The notes: generated from the sequence alone by a model not told the origin. A stretch of 64,000 nt of DNA from Octopus bimaculoides (GCF_001194135.2 NC_068996.1:26459572-26523571), one strand, 5' to 3'. Positions 1-9,787 are shown, counted from the stretch's first letter. Translations and numbers: made by a program.

Positions 1-53
1 CTGCTACATCAGTTGTTGCAAATGGATTTGGTAAACACAATCTATGTATGTAT

Positions 54-432
54 GCTTCCCAACCACATGGTTCCAGGTTCAGTCCCACTGTGTGGCACCT
101 TGGGCAAGTGTTTTTTACTACAGCCTCTGGCTGACCAAACCCATGGGAGTGAATCTGATGGATGGAAACTGAAAGAAGCCTGTCATATATATATATATGT
201 GTGTGTATGTGTGTGTGTGCATGTGTGTCTTTGTGCCTGAGTTTGTCTCCCTCTACTGCTTGACAACTGGTGTTGGTGTGTTTACATCCCCTAACTTAGC
301 AGCTCAGCAAAAGTGGCTGATAGAATAAGTACTAGGCTGAAAAAAAATAACTCCTGGGGTCTATTTGCTTGACTGATAATTCTTCAAGGTGGCGCCCCAG
401 CATGGCTACAGTCAAATGACTGAAACAAGTAG
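54..432 (+). mobile_element. SINE family A (tRNA head, CORE-like body, internal microsatellite, tail A), 5'-truncated and CpG-decayed
   Basis: B-box-like ggttcagtccc, CORE-like ggcaccttgggcaagtg, (AT)/(GT)n hinge, and tail ...cagcatggctacagtcaaatgactgaaacaagta shared with more than 10 copies in the window. Confidence 0.85.
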
Positions 433-729
433 ATNNNNNNNNNNNNNNNNNNNNNNNNNNNNNNNNNNNNNNNNNNNNNNNNNNNNNNNNNNNNNNNNNN
501 NNNNNNNNNNNNNNNNNNNNNNNNNNNNNNNNNNNNNNNNNNNNNNNNNNNNNNNNNNNNNNNNNNNNNNNNNNNNNNNNNNNNNNNNNNNNNNNNNNNN
601 NNNNNNNNNNNNNNNNNNNNNNNNNNNNNNNNNNNNNNNNNNNNNNNNNNNNNNNNNNNNNNNNNNNNNNNNNNNNNNNNNNNNNNNNNNNNNNNNNNNN
701 NNNNNNNNNNNNNNNNNNNNNNNNNNNNN

Positions 730-918
730 GGGTGAAATGCTTAGCGGTATTTCGTCTGCCGTTACGTTCTGAGATCAACTTTGCCTTTCATCCTTTTGGA
801 GTCGATAAATTAAGTACCAGTTATGCACTGGGGTCGATGTAATCGACTTAATCCATTTGTCTGTTCTTGTTTGTCCCCTCTATGTTTAGTCTCTTGTGGG
901 CAATAAAGAAATAAGAAA
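730..918 (+). mobile_element. SINE family B (tRNA-like head, central ctttgcctttcatcctttnggngtcgataaattaagtacc domain)
   Basis: Matches copies at 16059-16590, 46490-46880 and 47750-48190. From memory the central block resembles conserved Meta/Sauria-type SINE domains; not verified. Confidence 0.75.
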
Positions 919-1428
919 CAGGTGAGGGTTGGTGACAGGAAGGGCACCTCAACAACAGAAAATCTGCCTCAACAAATTTTGCCTGACCCAAGCAAACATG
1001 AAAAAGTAAACATAAAATGGTGATGATATATAATCTCAGTCTACATTGCAACTATCATTTTGTGACTTTTGATTCACCATGCTTATACTGCTGGTTGGGT
1101 CTTTTGTGGTCAAGTTTTCTTCAAAAGTATAAATACCCAGTCAACATAGTCCATTGCTATCTTTTCTGAGAGATGCAACATCTTCAGATCTGGCATCACC
1201 AGTTCATCTCCAAGTATTTTATGATATCACTCTAACACAAGTACCATTCATTTTAACACACACACTCACACACACTCACACAGTCACACACAAACACAGA
1301 CAGACAGATAGACAGACATAGGTGTATTATTCAAACCCCAAAGAATTCCTCTCAACACATGACTATGATGCTCCTCCACTACTTCTGCTTGCGATCAGAG
1401 ATGCACATACATACATGCATACATATAA

Positions 1429-1812
1429 GAGTGGCTGTGTGGTAAGAAGCTTGCTTCCCCAACCACATGGTTCGAGTTTCAGTCCCACAGTGTAGCACCT
1501 TGGGCAAGTGTCTTCTGTTATAGCCTTGAGCTGACGAAAGCCTTGTGAGTAGATTTGGTAGATGGAAACTGAAAGAAGCTCATATTTATATATATATATA
1601 TATATGTATGTATTTGTGTCTGTGTTTGTTCCCCCACCATCACTTGACAACTGATGTTCATGTGTTTATGTCACCGTAACTTAGTGGTTCAGCAAAAGAG
1701 GCTCATAGAATAAGTACTAGGCTTACAAAGAATAAGTCCTGGGGTTGATTTGTTCAACTAAAGGCAGTGCTCCAGCATGGCTGCAGTCAAATGACTGAAA
1801 CAAGTAAAAGAA
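1429..1812 (+). mobile_element. SINE family A, full length
   Basis: A box tggctgtgtgg, B-box-like agtttcagtccc, CORE-like segment, (TA)n hinge, tail A ending caagtaaaagaat. Confidence 0.9.
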
Positions 1813-1850
1813 TGCATACATATACATGCATATCCATGCATATCCATGCA

Positions 1851-2032
1851 TGATAGATCGCTAGCCACTACACATTCTTTATTTTCTCTCCTTGTTTCTT
1901 TCTGTGTTCTTTTCTGTGGAAGAGCGTAGACTCGAAACGTTAAAGACTTCTTCAATTCCCAAGCGTTAAACTAATACATCTGTTTGTTGTCTACACCACC
2001 TGTCTTCATCTTTTGTTTTTTTTGTGAATTCT

Positions 2033-2037
<5 letters not shown>
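1851..2037 (+). mobile_element. Penelope-like pseudo-LTR fragment containing a hammerhead-like motif
   Basis: Pyrimidine-rich repeat containing ctgtgga-a-gagc-gtag-actc-gaaac-gtt-aaag at 1910-1945; similar layout to 25092-25280. Confidence 0.55.
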
Positions 2038-2068
<31 letters not shown>

Positions 2069-2149
2069 TCATCATCATCATCATCACTTAACATCTGCTT
2101 TCCATGCAGGATGGTCTTGACAACATTGCTTTATAGTGCTGAATCTTGG

Positions 2150-2500
2150 ACTCTGTACTGAAAGCACACCAACCTGCTCAAGACTTTTCATATGTGATGC
2201 TTGCATACTATCTCCAACATAAAACTGAGTGACCATAAGCATAACAGTGAGGTACAAACAAAATGCAACATACCAGGTATTGAAGCCATCCTCATCAAAA
2301 TACAGCTTAGATGGTCAGAACATCTCTCACATATAAGTGACATCAGAATTTTGAAGCAACTTCTCTTTGGCCAATTCCCAGCAGGAAGGTCAGTTGGAAG
2401 GCCACTTTTGCGCTTCAAAGACAAACTAAAAGACAATCTGAAGGGATGCAACATTCATTTTCCTTCCAGGGAAAAACAAAGCATCAGGATGCAGGACTTG
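2150..2500 (+). mobile_element. RTE/BovB-like LINE, C-terminal ORF fragment
   Basis: Translation IEAILIKIQLRWSEHLSHISDIRILKQLLFGQFPAGRSVGRPLLRFKDKLKDNLK matches the RTE C-terminal pattern LRW.GH..R...R.PKQLL.G...GRP..R.KD. Confidence 0.85.
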
Positions 2501-3294
2501 ATGTATGTATATGCCTCCGTGAGGGGTTGGGTGAGACAAAATGTTTGCATGTCATTCATAAAGTTTTCAATGTGTATTGCTAAGTTTATCATTTCTGTAT
2601 TCACAATAAAAAATTAAAAAATTATCAATTCGTAACCAGGTCTTCTCATTCAGTATAGTTCTTGGGTTCATTGCTAAATGCATTTCGTAGGTAACCCCTT
2701 TGATATAATCCAGAGATGATCGCTAAAACAAGAAATTCTGAGAGAAAGATTAAAAATGACATGATATTTTAAACTCTGAAATATGTATGTACAAAACATT
2801 GGAGTATGTTTTGCCTATTCTTATTTATAGGTAGTGTGCTTGATGTGCCACATCATTTCTGCCAAACATTAGCATTTCAACCCTCACAGGAGTCTCTAGC
2901 CAGATGCTGCACTAGTTTCTCTCCTTGTAGCTTTTTAACTGGTAGTGATTTATTTCACCCACCCATCCAAACACACACACTTTCTCACACATACACACAC
3001 ACACTCACACACACACATGCAAGCACGCACACACACAGTTACACAGACACATACATATAAACATATGTATGTATGTATAAAACCTTTACATTCCCACCTT
3101 CTAAAATGAAAATAAATACATTGAAGACAAATTATCAAAGCATATATTTAAGACATGCATGTACTCTTGGCAGCAGCAGATAAAATAATTTGCTATGTCA
3201 CCAAAAATGCAGATTAGTTGTTTGTCTTGAGAAATTTATGTTCTTAACTAATACATTTTGAGGTTAATGTCCACAAAGATTGAAAAAATTTTTT

Positions 3295-3407
3295 TTATTC
3301 CTCCATTGTTATAATTCTGTCGCCACAGCAAACGTCTTTACTGCTAATTCCTGATTGGTATTCATTACTTGTATATGGGTTAGTGTTATTCCAAGACGCT
3401 TGTGTTT
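3295..3407 (-). other. Candidate terminal coding exon of an unidentified minus-strand gene
   Basis: AG acceptor after a long minus-strand pyrimidine tract, then phase-1 open frame (E)TQASWNNTNPYTSNEYQSGISSKDVCCGDRIITMEE-stop in non-repetitive sequence; no homology recognised. Confidence 0.3.
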
Positions 3408-3424
3408 CTAACGATGACAACAAG

Positions 3425-3785
3425 GAAATGATATACAGGAAGAAAATGGGATGAATAAAGGAAAGGTAAAAAGAAATGAAGGAAGGAAGAATGAAGGCAA
3501 AGAAGAATAAAAGAATGACTGAATGAAGAAAATGAAAAAGGAAGGAAAGAAGAAGAAAGAATGAGACCAAAAGAATAACAATGAATGAATGAATGAAATG
3601 GGAAAAGGAAGGAAAGAAGAATGAAAGAGAAGAATAAACAATAATAAATGAATGAAAAAGGAAGGAAAGAAAAATGAATGAATAAAACAAACAAAAATGG
3701 TAAGAAGAAAAAAAGAATAAAGAAAGAATAAAACATATGAAAAGAAAAAAAGAGGGAAAGACAAAGAATGAAAAGAGAAATAACT
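3425..3785. repeat. GAA/GAAT-rich low-complexity tract
   Basis: Imperfect gaaagaat/gaag repeats. Confidence 0.9.
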
Positions 3786-3904
3786 GCAGCACATTTACCA
3801 CAACAACAACAACCCTTGTTACTAACACCATCACCACCAGCATCAGGCCACACTCTCCTTCTTTTTCTTTTCTCCTCCTCCTTCTCCTTCTCCCCTTCTA
3901 CCAC

Positions 3905-4110
3905 AGAATTGTTGCAGCATCAGACAAAATACTTTGCAGTATTTTTCTCCAGGCACTTTACATTCTGAGTTCAAATTCCACCAAGGTCAACACTGCCTTT
4001 CATTCCTCTGAGGTTAATGGTATAATGTACCAGTTAAGTACTGGAGGTGATGTAACAGAATAACTCCACTCTCCTTAAAGGTTGCCAGCTTGTACCTAAA
4101 TTAGAAGTCA
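3905..4110 (+). mobile_element. SINE family B, decayed
   Basis: ttctgagttcaaattccaccaaggtcaacactgcctttcattcc...aagtactgg, followed by (ATT)n. Confidence 0.65.
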
Positions 4111-4111
4111 C

Positions 4112-4177
<66 letters not shown>
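4112..4177. repeat. (ATT)n microsatellite
   Basis: About 22 perfect units. Confidence 0.95.
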
Positions 4178-4204
4178 CAGGCTTTGTGCCTTTAAAAGAA
4201 AGGA

Positions 4205-4731
4205 TTGTTATTATTATTGAGTGAGAGAACAGAGCATGCCATCAAAGTGACACTAGGGTACAAATATACGAAGCCTAATATACCCATCATGACTACCTGT
4301 CTGATAAGGGTACACCAGGCATATGCATCACAACCATATGTGTGCGACATAGGGATCTCATATGGAGATAAACAGCGCATCACCTTGCAATTAGAATTTT
4401 TTTTCAGGTCGAGTAGCCCATCCTGCTCAAAAGGTCCCTGAATAAGGTTTGTTTAAAGATGTTGAGCAAAACAATGTTTCCAAAGGTGAATTATTCAAAC
4501 CCCAAAGAATTCCTCTCAGCACATGGCTTGATGCTCCCCAACTACTTCTGCTCACGATCAGAGATGTACATATCGTCAGCCACCAAGGGACATGCTCAAC
4601 TGGCTAAAGTCAAATAGCTGACAAGCAAATCTGTAGTATTGAGCAGAATATTTGCTGTAGCCCATCTTTTATACCATGACAAAACGAGGTACACATGATA
4701 ACTCTTCCAGTCAGTTAAGATCAAAAGCCAT

Positions 4732-4735
<4 letters not shown>
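4205..4735 (-). mobile_element. Unclassified SINE-like interspersed repeat (family E) with (AAT)n tail
   Basis: Internal segment attcaaaccccaaagaattcctctc...atcagagatg recurs at 1328-1405; minus-strand 3' end is aataataat. Confidence 0.6.
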
Positions 4736-4772
<37 letters not shown>

Positions 4773-5076
4773 GTTATTATTATTATTATTATTATTTATT
4801 TATTTTTCTGTTGTTTCATAGGATTGGTGTTTTGCTTGTTTTAATAATGATTCCTATCAAACCAGAAGAGTTCTCCAGGCACTTTACATTCTGAGTTCAA
4901 ATTCCACCAAGGTCAACACTGCCTTTTCTTGTTTGATATGAATATATCGGTTATAATTTGGCTTAACATGTATATAAGAGTGTGTGAGTGTGTGAGTGTG
5001 TGTGTGTGTGTGCATATGCGAGTGTATGTGTGTAAGAAGGTGTATGTGTGTAGGTGTCTATCTATCTATCTATATA

Positions 5077-5113
<37 letters not shown>

Positions 5114-5482
5114 TTTTAGAAAGACATAAATCCAGAGAAGAAGCACACTCTAAGTAGAGCAGTCGATATTAATTACTGGTGAAGACTGGTTTGTAGGGTT
5201 ACCCTGGGTTTCTCACCATAAAGGGTACCTTTATGGTATATCTTCAGATCCTAAGACTTGTTGGCCTATGGCCTCTTTAAAATATGGAGGGAGAAATGAT
5301 ATGGATATAAACAATAGGGATTTCCCTTTGTTGCTGGTCATTGGCTTCAGCTATGTTGTCCTCCTTCAATCATATCACCTGTCAGCTTCAAGGGTAAAAG
5401 GTAGAAGGTCAACACCTACTCTCATCAGCAATCAATATCCCGCGGTGCTGTAATTATTGCTAATACCATTATTATCATTATT

Positions 5483-5603
5483 TACATTATTTACATTTGA
5501 TGGATATTTGTCCTCATCTTGTTTGTTGTTAACACAGTGTTTCGGCTGATATACCCTCCAGCCTTCACATCAGGTGTCTTGGGTAAATTTCGAACTTGGG
5601 TTC
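5483..5603 (-). mobile_element. Inverted hammerhead-containing tail (family D) at the 5' side of a Penelope fragment
   Basis: Reverse complement reads gaacccaagttcgaaatttacccaagacacctgatgtgaaggctggagggtatatcagccgaaacactgtgtt..., the same tail as 6150-6245, 8251-8370 and 8780-8900. Confidence 0.85.
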
Positions 5604-5639
5604 GACAGTATTCAAGAGTAATACAACACTTTGCAAAAT

Positions 5640-5995
5640 ATCTCCTTCGAGTAAAACCACCAGTAGAAGAGAATATGACCAAAGATTGCATGTACTCGAT
5701 CCCATGCAGCTGTGGTAGGTTATACAAAGGCGAAACATGTCACCCCTTCAAAATAAGGGTAGAGGAACATAGCAAAGCAGTGACATGAGGAGATATTGAT
5801 AAATCGGGTATAACTGATGATGTATGGAAAAATGGAGATCACCTCCCCCTGTGGGATGAAGTTAAAATAATAGACAGGGAACAACACTGGAAAATACGAA
5901 AACTAAAAGAAGCAGCACATATGCTAGGACACAACAACCTCCTAAGAAGACCGAGTGCAGATATGAGCAGCATATGGGAACCGGTATTAAGGATA
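5640..5995 (+). mobile_element. Penelope-like element GIY-YIG endonuclease C-terminal fragment (one in-frame stop)
   Basis: Translation KDCMYSIPCSCGRLYKGETCHPFKIRVEEHSKAVT*GDIDKSGITDDVWKNGDHLPLWDEVKIIDREQHWKIRKLKEAAHM fits the PLE GIY-YIG pattern VY.IPC.CG..Y.GET.R....R..EH ... R..KEA. Confidence 0.9.
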
Positions 5996-6043
5996 GGAAA
6001 ATATTAGATTTATAAGCCCTAAAATTCACTCCATAATTGCCCA

Positions 6044-6258
6044 TAGGCATATGGCATAATGGTTAAGAGCACGGGCTACTGACTCCAAGATTCCAAGTTT
6101 GATTCCAAGCAGTGACCTGAATAATAATAACATTGAAAAATACCTTAGGAATGAGAACCCAGGTTTGAAATTTCCCAAAGACACCTGATGAAGGCTGGAG
6201 GGTATATCAGCCGAAATGTAAAAAAAATGTAAATAATGTACATAATTCCTCATCTCTA
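6044..6258 (+). mobile_element. Family D SINE-like module: tRNA-derived head plus hammerhead tail
   Basis: A box tggcataatgg 6052-6062, B-box-like agtttgattcc 6096-6106, (AAT)n spacer, hammerhead core 6180-6217. Confidence 0.85.
6180..6218 (+). ncRNA. Minimal type I hammerhead ribozyme motif (3' side damaged in this copy)
   Basis: gacac-CTGATGA-a-GGCTG-gagggtatat-CAGCC-GAAA-tg; intact CUGAUGA, 5-bp stem II and GAAA. Confidence 0.7.
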
Positions 6259-6383
6259 ACACTAACAGAAATCTCCTGAAATACAAGCATGGCCCAAAAA
6301 TCTCTGTTCTGAAGATACATCATAAAGGTACCCTTTATGGTGAGAAACCCAGGGTAACCCTATGAAATGGCCTTCACCAGTAA

Positions 6384-6423
<40 letters not shown>

Positions 6424-6433
6424 NNNNNNNNNN

Positions 6434-6465
<32 letters not shown>

Positions 6466-6935
6466 GTAGCTTCCTAATCACATGGTTTTGGGTTCAGTCC
6501 CACTCTGTGGCACTTGGTTGAGTGTTTTCTACTATAATCTAGGACAAACCAAAGCCTTGTGACTGGAATTGGTAGACAGGAACCAAAAGAAGTTCATTGT
6601 GTGTATATATATATATGAGTGAGTAGACAAACAAAAGAAAGGCGGTCCCATATTTATTGGAAGTTATATGTAGGGATTGAAATAGTTTGATTCAAACTCA
6701 GAGTACCAAGGAGTATGAATCAAACTATTTTAGTTGTAAACAAGTGTCACATCATACAAGTGGTGTCATTTATTTCAAATCTTCTGTGAAAACATGTCTG
6801 GCCATGGGAAATATTGCCTTGCTTGGATACAGGGGAGGGTTGACAACAGGAAGGGCATCAAGACATAGAAAATCTGTTTCGACAAATTCCACCCTACCCA
6901 TGCAAACATGGAAAAGTGGATGTTAAATATGATGA
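6466..6935 (+). mobile_element. SINE with family A head and RTE-type tail
   Basis: Family A head at 6466-6600; tail ...acaggaagggcatc...catgcaaacatggaaaagtggatgttaaa(tga)n as at 49860-50075. Confidence 0.7.
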
Positions 6936-7729
6936 TAATAATATAAGTGTATATTTACACACACCACACTTATACACACATATTTATAAATACAAACATA
7001 CCTACACATACTGGACACATACCTACACACTTGATATGATTGCTAGAAAATATCACAAAGCACGCATTCTTCTCCATACAGATATGTGAATTTTTTACAA
7101 ATGTCAATCAGACAATGTAGAGATTTAATTTCTAAAATGCAGATTAAAGAAATAAAAAGGGTTGCTGAAACCAATGAGTGAAATATAATGAGTCAGCTAG
7201 TTACAGTTGTAAGAGAAAATATTTTTGTAGAGGAAAATTATCTCAATAATTTACATAAATGCAGTCAGTTACCTAAATTTTCAGAAGGATAAATGCAACA
7301 AGAAGGGCAAATACAACAGAAGAATAAATTAAAAAAGAAAATTGAAAATAATGAAAAGTTAAGATAAAGAAAGAAAAAGAATGTAAAATAGGAAGTGGCG
7401 GGGTTGAAAGAAGCATAAATAAAGGCCAGAGTTGACATTGTTTGAAGTTAGAGATAGGAAAATTAGATGAAATTCAAATGGTCTTTACTGGTTCATTTCA
7501 AGATTAGGGATGTGAGGTATGAGATGTAAAAATAATGGAAATAATATTGCTGTAAATGCAGCTATCCTTTAGTTTACATGGTGCTTGGTTTGGGCTGATT
7601 TTGTTTCTTAGTCAATCAATGAGTCCATGGAACACTGAGTATCATTAAGAATATTCATTGAAATTTCAAATAAATTAATTGTATATGTTTATCAAGAACA
7701 ATTCACAAACATGTTTGGTAAATGATTTG

Positions 7730-8250
7730 AAATAATGGATGAGGATAGCTGTATAAAAAAAGTGCCTAGTTCTGATAGTGGAGGGTACCTGTGGAGGGTA
7801 CCTGTGGAAGTGGAAGGGATAGACCCAGGAAGACATGGGATAAAGTGATGAGAAAGGATCTTCAGATGCTAGCCCTCACTGAGTAAATCACTAGGGCCCA
7901 GGAGATTTGGCAATTTACTGTACTTGACAAGACACATCAAGCTAAGTAAAATCGTTGTCTTCCACACATACAGTTTTGTCCTTCCAGGTGCTGGTGCCAC
8001 TTAAAAAGCACTGATGCCAGTGCTGCATTTACGCACCTGTGCTGGTGCTGCATAAGGGCACTCTTGCCGGTGTCATGTAAAAAGCACCCAGCGCACTTTG
8101 TTAAGTGGTTGGCATTAGAAAGGGTATCCAGACATAGAAACCATGCCACAGCAGACAGTTGGAAGCTGGACAGTTCTCTGCTAGTCAGCTCCATGTCAAA
8201 CTGTCCAACTCATGCCAGCATGGAGAGTGGACGTTAAACAACAACGATGA
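7730..8250 (+). mobile_element. RTE LINE 3' end (ORF C-terminus plus 3' UTR; source of the family C repeat)
   Basis: DEDSCIKK...VEGTCG...RPRKTWDKVMRKDLQML, then gtggttggcattagaaagggtatccag...catgccagcatggagagtggacgttaaac. Confidence 0.8.
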
Positions 8251-8491
8251 TACATTATTTACATTTGATGGATATTTGTCCTCATCTTGTTTGTTACTAA
8301 CACAATGGTTCGGCTGATATACCCTCCAGCCTTCATCAGGTGTCTTGGGGAAATTTCGAACCTGGGTTCTCATTCCTAAGGTATTTTTCGATGTTATTAT
8401 AACTATCATTATTCAGGTCACTGCCTGGAATCGAACTCAGAATCTTGGGGTTAATAGCCTGTGCTCTTAACCACTATGCCATATGCCTACG
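8251..8491 (-). mobile_element. Family D SINE-like module, full length
   Basis: Reverse complement: taggcata-TGGCATAGTGG-ttaagagcacaggctattaaccccaagattctga-GTTCGATTCC-aggcagtgacc...gacacCTGATGAaGGCTG...CAGCCgaaccattgtgtt. Confidence 0.9.
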
Positions 8492-8670
8492 TATGTGTGT
8501 GTGTGTATATATATATATATATNNNNNNNNNNNNNNNNNNNNNNNNNNNNNNNNNNNNNNNNNNNNNNNNNNNNNNNNNNNNNNNNNNNNNNNNNNNNNN
8601 NNNNNNNNNNNNNNNNNNNNNNNNNNNNNNNNNNNNNNNNNNNNNNNNNNNNNNNNNNNNNNNNNNNNNN

Positions 8671-8706
8671 CCCCAAGATTTCGAGTTTGATTCCAGGCAG
8701 TGACCT

Positions 8707-8738
<32 letters not shown>

Positions 8739-8930
8739 ATAATGATAATAATAACATCGAAAAATACCTTAGGAATGAGAACCTAGGTTCGAAATTTCCC
8801 CAAGACACCTAATGTGAAGGCTGGAGGGTATATCAGCTGAAACATTGTGTTAGCAACAAACAAGATGAGGACAAATATCTGTCAAATGTAAATAATGTAC
8901 ATAATTCCTCATCTCTTAAATATAGAACTG
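8671..8930 (+). mobile_element. Family D SINE-like module (5' end lost in gap), inverted relative to 8251-8491
   Basis: B box gagtttgattcc, (CAA)n/(AAT)n spacer, hammerhead variant at 8804-8851, tail ...ataattcctcatctcttaaatatagaactg. Confidence 0.85.
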
Positions 8931-9787
8931 AACAATGATGATTTTTCTCTTTTGATTGATTTCATTACCTCTCAGTATTCCCCCTCAGATCATGGGATTC
9001 CAATAATACAACAGCCATGCAGTACACAATACACACATACACACACCTCTAACTTCGATTTGTTATCCCCAGTCCTGTAAAAAAATCTCTTTACCTTTTT
9101 ATTTTCATTAATCTAAACATCCATTTTCTTTGTCCAATATTCCTGGGAGGGTTGCAGATGGATCCCCAAGTATGAACAATGGAGATTACTGATTTTATCG
9201 AACTGCCTTGCTTTTGGTCTACTCCTAGATCTCCTGCCTGTTGGCTTTTTAAAGTTTGGACCTTATCCTATTAGTTTTTTTTTTTTTTTGCTGAACCACT
9301 AAGTTACAGTGACATAAACAAACCAGCATCAGTTGTCAAGTAATGATGGAGGATAGACACAAGCACAAAGACGCACACACATAAATACACACACACACAC
9401 ACACACACATATATACAACTAACATGTAATGTCAAGACAAGTAGACAGTAACACTACCAACCAAATATGTGTGCATGTGTATGTATGTATATATGTATGT
9501 TTCTTTGTTTGTCCCTTACCACTGCCGGATAACTGGTGTTGGTTTGTTTGCATCTCCATACCTTAGTGGTTTGACAAAAGAGATAGAATAAGTATCAATC
9601 TTCAAAAAAGTAAGTACAGTGGTTGATTCACTTGATTAAATCCCTCCAAGGTGGCACCCTAGTATGGCTGCAATCCAATGACTGAGACAAGCAAAAAATA
9701 AAAATTCTGTGTGTGTGTGTGTGTATACATATGTATGGGTATATATGTGTGTGTGTGTGTATGTGTGTGTGTGTGTGTGCATATATA

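Larger units (their letters stand above)
5166..6390. mobile_element. MITE-like element with ~83-bp terminal inverted repeats, containing a nested Penelope/SINE composite
   Basis: 5166-5248 is the reverse complement of 6308-6390 (atattaattactggtgaag...accctgggtttctcaccataaagggtacctttatg...tcttcaga) with few mismatches. Confidence 0.8.

Noticed and set aside
6044-6120. tRNA gene calls for SINE heads (families A, B, D, F, G)
   Set aside because: A/B boxes are present, but there is no complete cloverleaf or Pol III terminator and they continue into repeat bodies.
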